From Octopus sinensis (lineage: Eukaryota), in contig NC_043011.1 of NCBI RefSeq assembly GCF_006345805.1, forward strand, positions 49,116,464-49,180,463: a stretch of 64,000 nucleotides of DNA, given 5' to 3'. Positions 37,751 to 50,260 of the stretch are shown in pieces. The notes beneath the pieces were generated by a model. That model ran no database searches. It was not told the origin of the DNA and worked only from the letters and a program-made list of their open reading frames with translations. The stretch's first letter is position 1. Each line of letters opens with the position of its first letter. Position numbers and translations under genes: made by a program.

Positions 37751-38130
37751 TTTGATTTTCATTTATACACACAATTTATTTGTACTTCATGAAAAGAATT
37801 TTATAGGACATGTCAATGAAAGGAACCAATATATTAAAATTTAGTGCGTATATCCTTTTTTTTTTATTATTTACCCAAATTAGATATTTATACGTAATTA
37901 CTTTTATCTAAACATGTATCTGTATTTATGAGGATTTTGATTGTCGGTTACGTTGGCAATGTTTTTGAAACCTATATTTTCATAGATATTTTGACTACAT
38001 CTTGATATATTTGTCTATATTAATTTAATTACGATCTTATGCAATATTTCTTCTTGTATTCTTATGAGTAAAAATATAAAACATCACACTTCATTTGATA
38101 GCTACTTTCTATATTATAGGAAAGTCATCT

Positions 38131-38974
38131 ATCTTCTCCCAATTCAGCAGTTATTTGTTTTGAAAATCACTTTATTGATAGCTGTTAAATATAGTTATAG
38201 ATAGTCTTAGTGATTTATGTCAAAACTTGTTTGCCGTCAATTGGACATATTTTGGCAGTTAACTCTGTCAATAATTCAACCTTTAGCAACTTGCTCAAAA
38301 GAGAAAGCAAAGGAATACAGTAACCATCTTGTATAAAAGGCTTCGACCTCTGAATGAGTTACATTCAGATGGGTTACATTCAGGCAATGCCCATTCTGGT
38401 ATGGGCTATTTAGATCTTTCAAAAGCATAATATATATATTGGAGTTTCCGATTGCATCATGGTTTTATAATGTTTGTTGTAGTAATGTGATGGAGAATGA
38501 TTGCATCTTCAGATTCTGCTAAAGAAATATCATGGAAAAATAGGTTTTATATTTACCAGGAAATATTTCCATTAAAAAGAAAGAAATTGGATTGAAATAA
38601 TTGAGAATACGTTTCTAAAAGTAGATGATTATTTTCATCATTTAGTGGAAAATGATAAAGAAATAGTATGAAGTATATTTGCCATCTAAATATGGCTAAC
38701 CACTAAGGGTGGATGTTACTGTAGCACGTAACCCATGTGAATGTGACTCATTCAGAGGTCGAAGCATTTTATACAAGATAGTTACTGTATTCCTTTGCTT
38801 TCTCTTTTGAGCAAGTTGCTAAAAGTTGAATTATTGACAGAGCTAACTGCCAAAATATGTCCAATTGACGGCAAACAAGTTTTGACATAAATCACTGAGA
38901 CTATCTATAACTATATTTAACAGCTATCAATAAAGTGATTTTCAAAACAAATAACTGCTGAATTGGAAGAACAT
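38131..38974. repeat. ~245-bp near-identical inverted repeat, 350-bp spacer
   Basis: 38131-38377 is the reverse complement of 38728-38974 with few mismatches. Confidence 0.92.
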
Positions 38975-39207
38975 CTTCTCCAGTTGGCTATTGACACACT
39001 TTCTGTGCCCTATCGGTATTTGCAAAGGGAATCCATCCTTCCCATCGTCAACCTATGTGATACACACGGACCCAGGTTTCTGGGTATTTACCCGTCATTA
39101 GCGCATGACAATCACCAGTCTTCGCTGAGAAGGGGTCCCAAATAAAAATACATATATCCTTTTTTCCAGTGACTTTTCATCACTGAGCTCGAAAAAGTGT
39201 AAACAAG

Positions 39208-39317
39208 CAATAATAAATCTCTGAATGAGGTATAAACAGTAACTGCATGACAATGTGAAGTATACTTCACATTGTCGTCCAGTTACTGTTTATACCTCGT
39301 TCAGAAATGTATTATTG
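39208..39317. repeat. 110-bp spacerless palindrome
   Basis: Centre GAAGTA|TACTTC at 39262/39263. Confidence 0.92.
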
Positions 39318-39344
39318 ATAAAGAAATAATAATTATTGAGATAA

Positions 39345-39509
39345 TTGGAGTGGCTGTGTGGTAAGTAGCTTGCTAACCAACCACATGGTTCCGGGTTCCG
39401 GGTTCAGTCCCACTGCATGGCACCTTGGGCAAGTGTCTTCTACTATAGCCTCGGGCTGACCAAAGCCTTGTGAGTGGATTTGGTAGACGGAAACTGAAAG
39501 AAGCCTGTC

Positions 39510-39545
<36 letters not shown>

Positions 39546-39780
39546 ATGTGTGTGTGTGTGTGTGTGTGTGTTTGTTCCCCTAGCATTGCTTGACAACCGA
39601 TGCTGGTGTGTTTACGTCCCCGTCACTTAGCGGTGCGGCAAAAGAGACCAATAGAATAAGTACTGGGCTTACAAAAGAATAAGTCTCGGGGTCGAGTTGC
39701 TCGACTAAAAGGCAGTGCTCCAGCATGGCCGCAGTCAAATGACTGAAGCAAGTAAAAAGAGTAAAAAAAGAAAAAGAATA
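39345..39780 (+). mobile_element. SINE family A, full length
   Basis: Homology. Confidence 0.9.
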
Positions 39781-40614
39781 CATCCTATTTGTTGTTCTTT
39801 AACCTTGGCTTTATTCTTGTTGTTGTTGTTAGTTTTTTAGGGACTAATTATTTAGATACCTGGACACAAAGATAGGAAAACAAATTTATTAGCCAAAAAA
39901 TTGCAGAAGAAAATAATAGACAATGTAAATCTTGCACTAATAATACATTGTAAATCTTGCACTAGTGAAGTCATTCATCAAAATTGTAATTAGTCACAGG
40001 TAGAAAATATATTGGAAAGAATCAAGAGATAAACAAACAAACTTTAATCTTTCATTATATCAACCAGATCTATCAAAATTTAATCCTTCGTTATGCTAGT
40101 CAGATCTATCAGCATATAAAATATATCAAATACTGAACAAGGTTAATAAACAAATACTTTATCTTCAAAAGAGCCATATCTCATTGGTTTATATTCTGTC
40201 ACAGTCAGATCATGTAGTATCTTGTGGAGACTATCCAGAATCTTTATGGCAGTATTTGTTCCAGTATAAAAGTCTCCCATTAACTGGGGGTACTCTAAGC
40301 AGCAATGAGTGAAATATAGATGTGTACAATTACATTCACCATGTTCGTGTATACTTTGACATGTTTGTGCTTGTTCCCCCCACTATCACTTAACAACAGA
40401 TGTTGGTGTGTTTACATCCCCATAACACAGCTGTTTGGCATAAGAGACCAATAGAATAAGTACTAGGTTTACAAAGAGTAAGTCCTGGGGTTGATTTGTT
40501 CAACTAAAGGTGGTGCTCCAGCATGGCCAAAGTCAAATGACTGAAACAAATAAAAGAATAAAAGAGCATATACACATATGGGTATAGATAGATACATGTG
40601 TGCATTTACATATA

Positions 40615-40865
40615 TCATGTGACCATCCAGACTAATAGATGTTGTTACACATCACTGGTCACAGTGCGCTTTGTATTGTTTTAGCCATCAAGTGGCGCTA
40701 CCCAGCTGGCTTTGCAAGCAAGCCAACTCTACTCCTAGATTAAAAGGGGACTGAAGCAATGTGAAATGAAGTGTCTTGCTTAAGAACACAATGCGCTGCC
40801 CAGTCTGGGAATCGAACCCATGAACTAGCGATTGCAAGTGCAACAGCCTAACCACTAGGCCACAC
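40615..40865 (-). mobile_element. SINE head D with tail 3
   Basis: Minus TGGCCTAGTGGTTAGG..GGGTTCGATTCCC..TTCTTAAGCAAGACACTT; tail CTGTGACCAGTG also seen at ~15975-16045. Confidence 0.7.
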
Positions 40866-41319
40866 CCATTGACCACTGGGCCATGCGCTTATATGGGTGT
40901 GTGTACACATGAAGGGATATGAGAGCATGCTGGTGAGTGTGCATGTATATATATGTGTGTGTGGGTGTGTGTGTGTGTGTGCATGTGTGCATCTCTACTC
41001 GTGTATATGTGCATGCATACACGTGTACCTTATGCATTCCTAAAGTCAATCAGATGTTTCAAATTATAAAATATGTTTAACGATGCTACCTCATCTATCA
41101 GCAGGTACCCAGCAGAAGGTGGCGCTGGTGGCGATGATGGCGATGGTGGTGGTGGTGGTGGGGTAGGGGACGGGCAAGGCTTGTAGTAGAATTTATTGTG
41201 TCTGCAACATGTCGAAGTTTCTACAATGACCCATGAATGCTGATTAATCAAGGCTGTTTGATACTCCTTTCATCAACTGCTATCTTTTGTTTAGCGAAAC
41301 AATTACTAATGACGATAAC

Positions 41320-41366
<47 letters not shown>

Positions 41367-41469
41367 TGATGATGATGATGATGATAAAAATAATCTTCTT
41401 TCCTCATTTCTAATCCATTATCTTTGATTTATGATACAGAACTTCATAATCACACACAAACAAATATAA

Positions 41470-41826
41470 AAATATCAATAACAATACATATATACTGGCA
41501 TGTGTACACACACACGTACACAAATACACATATGTAAATATATATATATATAATATATATATATATATACACACACATACATATACACACATATATATAC
41601 ATGCATACATACATACATAAATATGTACATAATCACATATATGTATATATAATATACAAAGACGTACATACGCATGCATACTCACACATATATATATACA
41701 TATATATACATACATACACACATACATGCATACATAAATGCATATGTGTGTATATATGTGTGTGTGTATGTGTATGTATGTATATTCACATATATATCCA
41801 TATATACATAGATATATATATGCATG

Positions 41827-41858
<32 letters not shown>

Positions 41859-41864
41859 ATATAT

Positions 41865-41915
<51 letters not shown>

Positions 41916-42509
41916 TCATGAGTGTGTGAGTGTGTGTAATAATATTTTGCTGAATTTCTAAAGCCAAAGGAAAAAATAAAACAGTAAAATGAATTAAAAC
42001 TGAAAATTAGAAGAAATTATCAAAATTAAACATATAATTGAAATAATTAAATAAATATAAAGTTGCATTATAATTTTATTTTATCTTGATCTATTTTCAA
42101 ACGACTCGCTAAATAAAACATTTTGAAAATATAAAATTTATTAATATTATTTTTGATTAGCAGACATGGCTGTTCATATGTATGCATGTACTTGGTTGGA
42201 TTGATGGATGTGTTAACGAAGGTGTGTCAGCATTTGAGTGTGTGTGTGTATACGAGTGGGAGTATAAGCTTGTGTGTATGTGTGCGTGTGCATGTGTGTG
42301 TGTATAAGTGTATATACGTGTGCAGTTGAGCATGGAATGTATGTGTAGATTAGAGGATGCATGTTTGTGGTTGCTCATGTTTGTGTTTTCTCTTTTTTCA
42401 GTATAGATATTTGCATGAACGACTGTGCATGTTTACATAATTACATACACACACACTCATATATAAATATATACATATATATATATATATATTATATATA
42501 TATATATTA

Positions 42510-42578
<69 letters not shown>

Positions 42579-42588
42579 ATATATATAC

Positions 42589-42650
<62 letters not shown>

Positions 42651-43085
42651 TATATATATATATACATATATACATATATACATACATATATATATATATT
42701 TATATGTATATGTGTGTATATATATATATATATGACTGTATACATACATATATATACATAAAGTTGTATAGAACTGTGTCTTTTTCTATATATGCATTAG
42801 TGTGTGTGCGTCTATCTGCTTGTATGCACATATTTACATCTATGTATATATATGTATGTGTATGTACGATTGCATACAAATGTGTATGCATACAACTGAG
42901 TGTGTAATGTATGCAAGAGGCTATGTTTTCTTGTATGTGTGTAAATATACATGTATATATTTGCGCAGGTGCATGCATGAGTTTGCACATATATTTGTGT
43001 TGTTCACTTTTATGCATTTATATACACATGCATTTATATACACATGCATTTATATACAGATGCATTTATATACACATATACACGT
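41470..43085. repeat. (AT)/(AC)/(ATAC) microsatellite-rich region
   Basis: Direct inspection. Confidence 0.9.
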
Positions 43086-43642
43086 ATTTCATTATCTCCG
43101 TTTTGATTTTAATGATCAAAATAGATTTTACAATAACAAAAATTAAATATTAAAATAAAATTTCGCTATCATATTTCTTCCTTTTTTACACTTTTTCAAA
43201 CAACTATTTACATTTTTTTTCTTTGTGTGTGTGTTTGAAATGAAATAAAATTTCTAAAATACAATTCAATATTCAATTGAATTTTAAATTTATTCAAATG
43301 AAAATCAAATTATCAAATTCCTTGTAAAAATATAGGTTACCATTCCTTGCCATTCCCATACCCAGAAGATCCATTGCAGATCTTAATCAATCATTTTCAC
43401 TTTTCTTCTCCCCTGTATTTTCTGTACCCAACCCTGTATTTTTCTTTATTTATTTAGTTAATTATTTTATTTTTTTATTGTGTTTTTGGTTTGATTTTTA
43501 AATTTATGAATTTACTACCAACAGTCAAGTGCAAACAATTTGACCGAATATATTGTGTGAGAAATAGGAATGCAAACCTACACACACGCACATTTATATA
43601 TGTATGTGTAAATATATATATATATGTATATATAAATATATA

Positions 43643-44030
43643 TACTCTTTTACTTGTTTCAGTCATTTGACTGTGACGATGCTGGAGCACCACCTTTAGT
43701 CAAGAACATCGACCCCAGACTTATTCTTTGTAAGCCTAGTATTTAATCTATTGGCCTCTTTTGCCAAACTACTAAGTTACAGGGACGTAAACACACCAGC
43801 ATCAGTTGTCAAGCAATGTTGGGAGGATAAACACAGACACACAAACATATATATATACAAATATATACGATGGGCTTCTTTCAGTTTCCATCTACCAAAT
43901 CCACTTATAAGGCTTTAGTCGGCCTGAGGCTATAGTAGAAGACACTTGCCCAAGGTGCCATGCAGTGGGATTGAACCCAGAACCATGTGGTTCGTAAGCA
44001 AGCTACTTACCACAGAGTCACTCCTATGCC
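43643..44030 (-). mobile_element. SINE family A, full length
   Basis: Homology. Confidence 0.9.
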
Positions 44031-44195
44031 TGTATAAATGCATATAACATATGTGTATACTTATGTACATATACACATATGTATGAAATATGCATATGTA
44101 TGCAACCCCATACACTCTCTCTTTCTATATATATGTGTGTGTGTGTATATATATATATATGCATACATACATGCACGCACATAGATACACCTGCA

Positions 44196-44227
<32 letters not shown>

Positions 44228-45053
44228 TTACACAATTATACTAACACAATTAGGTTTGCTCACAGCAGAAATATATGTTTATACTTTACTGTGAGTGGGT
44301 TTCCTTTATTTTTGTTACCCGCCCCCGCCCCCCACCCCCGCCTCACTTCACCATCAATTTCATTATTATTGAAAATTCCATAAACTGAACTGTCAGATTC
44401 ATAGTTAAATCATAATTATAATTTTAATTACCAGTTGCAACGTGGATACAGTTTCAAAAACTTTGCCTTAATTTAATGAAAACCTGCTTAATTTGATACA
44501 GAGTAATTAACTGGAACTCTTTCAAATCTGATTTGTATTTCCAACTAATATTTAAATTTAAAAAAAAAATATTAAAAAATAATCGTCATTGTTGTTGCTG
44601 TTACTGCCGTCATAATTATAAGAATGTCAAACAAAATGCTTTGGGGCTTTTGGTACAGCTCTTGACATTGCAAGTTCAAATCTTGTTGTGATTAATTTTG
44701 CCTTTCTTCCCTTCAGTGATTATAAAATAATAAGTGGCACTTGAGCACTCATCCACCTCCTGCCCCCATTAAAACTGATGAAACTGAGCCAAAACTGGAA
44801 ACCGTTATTGCAGAAGCTTGGCAGAATTGTTAGCACAGTGGACAAAACGTTTGGAGGCATTTTTTCCCTGCTTTAAGTTCTGAGTTCAAATTCCACCAAG
44901 TTTGACTTCGCTTTTTAAGCCTAGAATATAATTCTGTCAGTCGTTTTTTAACAAACCGATAAGTTGCAGGGATGTAAACACACCAACACCAGTTGTCAAG
45001 TGTTGATTGATGAGCAAACACAGATGCAAAGACAAACACACATAGATATTTAC

Positions 45054-45091
<38 letters not shown>

Positions 45092-45236
45092 GTAGATGAC
45101 AGGCTTGTTTCAGTTTACCAAATCCATTCCAAAAGTCTTTGCTCAGCCTGAAGTTATAGAAGACATTTGTCCAAGGTGCCACATAGTGGCCTATGTGGAT
45201 GGGAAATAAGCTTCTTAACATACAGCCACACCTTCA

Positions 45237-45274
<38 letters not shown>

Positions 45275-45352
45275 GTTCGTAAGCAAGCTACTTACCACAG
45301 AACCACTCCTACGCCTGTATAAATGCATAAAACGTGTGTATACTTATGTATA

Positions 45353-45812
45353 CTTATGCGCTGGCTCGGACACGTCTGCCGCATGCAGGACGGTCGCATG
45401 CCTAAAGACATCCTGTACAGCGAACTCACTACGGGATCCCGACCCAAGGGACGTCCACAGCTACGATACAGGGACGTGTGCAAGCGCGACCTGAGGACTG
45501 CCAACATCTGTGTGGACACGTGGGAGGAAACAGCTGCTGACCGCTCTGCCTGGCGTCGGACGGTGAGGAAAGGCGTTTCCATGGGTGAGGAGAGGAGAGC
45601 ACAGCTGTGGTTGGACAGGCGGGACAGGAGGAGGACAACTGCAGCAACACCCCACACGTACCCATCGATGTTCGTGTGCAGCAACTGTACCAAGGACTGC
45701 CACTCTAGAATTGGACTGTTCAGTCACAGCAGACGCTGCACATCATCAAAGTAGGCCCCACCCTTGGCGCAACCCATTGTCTATCAAGACAGACGGGGAA
45801 TAAGTATAAGTA
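45353..45812 (+). mobile_element. Young 5'-truncated RTE-clade LINE (second family), uninterrupted C-terminal frame
   Basis: MRWLGHVCRMQDGRMPKDILYSEL..GRPQLRYRD..DRSAWR..CSNCTKDCHSRIGLFSHSRRC, stop at 45754; short UTR; TAAGTA tail. Confidence 0.92.
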
Positions 45813-45944
45813 TATATATATATATATACATATATTTTTATTTCTACATTCATTCTCCTATTTCCCTCTACACTCCTTATCAGCTTCCAAAATAACTCCT
45901 CATACTGAACTCTAATATTTCTTTGTATTTAATCATCTCACATT

Positions 45945-45992
45945 GTCTCTGATGAAGGGATATCTCTAATATCCCAGAAACAGCTGTAAGAC
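45945..45992 (+). ncRNA. Minimal type-I hammerhead ribozyme, canonical core
   Basis: gtct-CTGATGA-a-GGGATAT ctcta ATATCCC-a-GAAA-CAGCTG-TA-agac; palindromic helix III. Confidence 0.8.
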
Positions 45993-46161
45993 TAACTTTT
46001 TCTTACTGTTCTATATTTAAGAGATGGGGAATTATGTACATTATTTACATTTGACGACAAATATCCGTCAAATGTAAATAATGTAATTAAAGTAACATTT
46101 TCTTTATAAATATTCTGAAAATTCCACACAGCCTTGGTTTTGTTGTCTCATTTTATTTAAT

Positions 46162-46205
<44 letters not shown>

Positions 46206-46728
46206 ACACACACAAGCTCTTTGATAGAGTCATTAATGCATTGCAGCATTGGGTTTGTTCCCAAGCTCTACACACTGTGTTCAAATCCTACCAAAAATAC
46301 CTTTGCCTTTCATTTCTTGAACCCTGACAAATGAAGTAATAGCCCTTTACTTGTGCAATACTCTACCTCTAACCAGTTGTCACATGCAGAATATTCAGCA
46401 GGCTCTGAGGGCTGAAGATCCAGGAAGTAACTATATAAGTTCAAAATTACAAAGTAATTAGATAGGTAATTAGCAAAGGAATGGTTTCTTGTTGATAACA
46501 AGTGATTAGCCTCTGTGAATGACAGCTATGATTTTTTTAAAATTAAATACAGGGTTGTACCAAAGTAATACCATTCCTTGAACTTTGATATTACCCGTGC
46601 AATATACATATTGTACATGCAAGTGTGTATATGCGGCATACAAATGTCTTTATACATATACATAAATACATACATACACACACATATATATATGTATGTA
46701 TATATATATGTGTGTGTATTTATATGTA

Positions 46729-46809
<81 letters not shown>

Positions 46810-46869
46810 ATATACATACATATATACATATATATAAACATATTTAATACATACATACATATATATGTA

Positions 46870-47022
46870 TTTATTTTCTCTCCTGTTTCTTTCTGTGTTC
46901 CTTTCTGTGGAAGAGCATAGGCTCAAAATGTTAAAGACCTTTTCACTTCCCATGCGTTATACTAATACATCTGTTTGTTGTCTACACCTCCTGTCTTTGT
47001 CTTTTGCTTTTTTGTGAATTCT

Positions 47023-47064
<42 letters not shown>

Positions 47065-47212
47065 GGAATTTACACACAAAAAAGACAAAGACATGTGTGT
47101 AAACAACAGATGTATTAGTTTAATGTTCGGGAAGTGAGAAAGTCTTTTACATTTCGAGCCTACACTCTTCAGCAGAAAGGAACACAGAAATAAACAGGGA
47201 GGGAAAATAAAG
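46870..47212. mobile_element. Two family H1 elements tail-to-tail across (AT)n; motifs 46901-46936 (+) and 47144-47179 (-)
   Basis: Arms are diverged reverse complements separated only by (AT)n. Confidence 0.75.
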
Positions 47213-48079
47213 AAGGTAAAACAGTTTGATTCAGCCCTGTAACATATGTAATTCCTCCTCAATGTGTTGAATGCCTCTTTCCTTCATTTATCTACTCAAC
47301 CATATATATATATATATATATGCATCTATATATACACATATTTATATACATACATGCACACATACACACACATTTATATATAGACACATATGCTTATATA
47401 AATATGAAATATATAATTTCTATAGTTTCAGGTAGAAAATTTTAATATTTTTCTCCCATTACTGTCTATGTAAACTCTTCATTTCCTTTTATTTTATTTT
47501 ATTTATTTTTATGATAGTTAGAACAATAAATGCCTTGGAACAATAAAATTCTCTTAAATAAAAGACAAATGGTTTACCAACAATTTAAAGAACACCACAA
47601 ACAAAATACATGGCCAATAATTTAGAGTTTCCTATTTCATCATTTGACAGTTAATAATTCTTGCATGAACTGTATTGTTTGATATCTGTTATTATAGTAA
47701 ATGAACTATGAGAATTATTATTATGAGTTATTGCCAAAGGAAAATGTCTCCAAAAACATATATATAAGAAAAGAAAAAAAAAGAAAAGAAACAAGAAATG
47801 GAAAAATAGAAAATAATTATAACAGACTTAGAAATAATGGTCAAGAATATTACCGTCTTGGAATTAAAAGAGAATTTGCGGGAACAAGTGTAAAAGTAGA
47901 AATAAAAATATTATATGTTCTAGTTTTTATTTGCCAATAGTGAATTCTAAATTGTTATGAGGAAGTTTTCTATGTAAGATACTTTGTATTATAGAATCAT
48001 GTGGTTGTTGTTGTTATTGTTGTTGCTGTTATACTCAATGCACAATACTGTGGATGTCAAGAAAAATTATGAGCATGCT

Positions 48080-48467
48080 CTTGGTTGATCTGCGGCTCTG
48101 TTGTGCCTTTTGAAGCACCTGTGCCTCTTGATGCATTCTGTACACCTCATCGCCGCATCACCATAAGCTTGGCGAAGCATGATGAATATCTCTGTAGCAG
48201 ACTTCCCAAATTACACGTTAGTTGGCTTCCCGAATTTCACATTGGCTTCTTCATTCCAACTTCCTGTCCTTAACCACAATCACAGGCTACAGCATACATG
48301 TGACCTCACAAACACAAATTTCACAGCTCATGAAATAAACACAGCAATGTCACTCAGCACACTGTCTCATGAAGGTCACTGCTAGCTCTCACTGTGCACG
48401 CTACCATGTGCTGCCATCTGTTGGCATGCTACAGAACTAGTCTGGGAACTTTTTGATACCACCTCAT
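48080..48467 (-). mobile_element. mariner 5' fragment (TIR + HTH)
   Basis: Minus LGKSATEIFIMLRQAYGDAAM; terminal ACTTTTTGATACCACCTCATA. Confidence 0.75.
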
Positions 48468-48566
48468 ATTGCAGACAGAACCATTCCATGTTATTTTCAG
48501 GCATATTGTAATACCATACGTTTCTGCCAGCTTGCCACATTACCCAGTATATTTTCATTCCTTCTT

Positions 48567-48985
48567 ATTTCTTTACTGCCCACAAGGGGCTAAACATAGA
48601 GGGGACAAACAAGGACAGACAAATGGATTACGTCGATTATATCGACCCCAGTGCGTAACTGGTACTTAATTTATCGACCCTGAGAGGATGAAAGGCAAAA
48701 ATCGACCTCGGTTTAATTTGCACTCAGAACGTCAAGACAGATGAAATACCTATTTCTTTACTACCCACAAGGGGCTAAACACAGAGAGGACAAACAAGGA
48801 CAGACAAGTGGATTAAGTCGATTATATCGACCCCAGTGCATAACTGGTACTTAATTTATCGACCCTGAAAGGATGACAGGCAATGGTGACTTTGGCAGAA
48901 TTTGAACTCAGAACGTAAAGACAGACGAAATACTGCTAAGCATTTCACCCGTAGTGCTAATATTTCTGCCAGCTTGCTGCCTTAA
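48567..48985 (-). mobile_element. SINE family B variant as partial tandem dimer (~184-bp period)
   Basis: TATTTCTTTACT.CCCACAAGGGGCTAAAC at 48567 and 48751. Confidence 0.8.
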
Positions 48986-49268
48986 TCCTTTCTTAATACC
49001 AGTTTGATTGCTACTACTAGCAGGTCAAACAACCATGTAAAGGCTTCCCTGCTGCTTTGGTATTATGTTACATACATATTTACACAAACACAATTGCATT
49101 CACATACACCATATATATAGTAGCACATTATTATGTGATGTTATACATAAACAGTTTAGCATTCAACTGAAGAATTACTTATTCTCTTTACCAGTGAACA
49201 TATTGTTTTGAAAATTACTAATTTTAAATCTCTCACAATGTGAGATATTCAGCAACAGTACTTTGTAG

Positions 49269-49599
49269 TAAAGATTGTTTGCTAACATAACATGGCAGTC
49301 CTGGTTTAGGACGACTGCTGCTGTAATTTAGCCCCAGGAGAATTGTCTCCAGCTGGCTATACAATACAATCTTTGTCATTATATTTTTGAACAAGGGAAA
49401 CTAGAACCCCCACTCAGCTCAAAACACGGATACACAGATATTGTTTTGAGCTGAGTGGGGTGCTAGATTCCCTTGTTCAAAACTATAAGGACTCAGATTG
49501 TGTCATATAGTCAGCTGGAGACGATGTCTCCTGGGGCTAAATTACAGCAACATTCATCCTAATCCAGGACTGCCATGTTATGTTAGCAAACAATCTTTA
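49269..49599. mobile_element. Foldback/MITE-like hairpin, ~158-bp arms, 15-nt loop
   Basis: TAAAGATTGTTTGCTAACATAACATGGCAGTCCTGG...CCAGGACTGCCATGTTATGTTAGCAAACAATCTTTA. Confidence 0.85.
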
Positions 49600-50049
49600 A
49601 TATTTTTTTGATTTGTATAAAAAAAAGATTGAGAGTGACTTCAAAGTTTACTTGCAGTTATTACATTCTGATTTACTCTGTTACTCAATCCTAAGTTATC
49701 AAACCAGAATAACTGTTTCCACCAAAAATTTTTATTTACACTTTATGAACATATACTTCCCTCATGGCCTTCTCCACTCCTCCCTTTCTATATGACTAGT
49801 ACCTTGTCTACCTACACCACATCTAATTTTCATGCACATTACTCCACTTATTAAAGGAAAAACCTGTCCAAAACTATATAAAAAGGTAATGAATCAAAAC
49901 ATACCGAGGTGTCGTGCTAGTTAAGCATGTCAAAATTTTGATGTTACTGTCAACATTTCCACTGCTGTGTATACATATGTGTGTGAGTGTGTGTATGTAT
50001 ATATATGTGTGTGCGTGAATATCTTAATATCTCTCTCTCTCTCCCTACA

Positions 50050-50080
<31 letters not shown>

Positions 50081-50182
50081 TCGGGGTGAGTACTTGATAA
50101 TTATAAGCACCTGTATATACCGTTTGGTGGTGTAGGTGGTGGAGTAAATTGATCAAAATAAAAACATGATGCCAAGGATTCA

Positions 50183-50260
50183 GCGGTACATATGTTTCGG
50201 GCCTTTATTAGACAGATTTATAACAATGCATAATGTATGTCTGTGGCCTTCTTCAGCCGC
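50183..50260 (-). ncRNA. Type-I hammerhead ribozyme with extended helix II
   Basis: gcgg-CTGAAGA-a-GGCC(41 nt)GGCC-c-GAAA-CATATG-TA-ccgc; element tail ends at (AT)n near 50075. Confidence 0.8.

Noticed and set aside
44776-44790. CTGATGAAAC as a hammerhead (similarly CTGATGAG at 12702 and 19468)
   Set aside because: No helix II or downstream GAAA/helix I partner.
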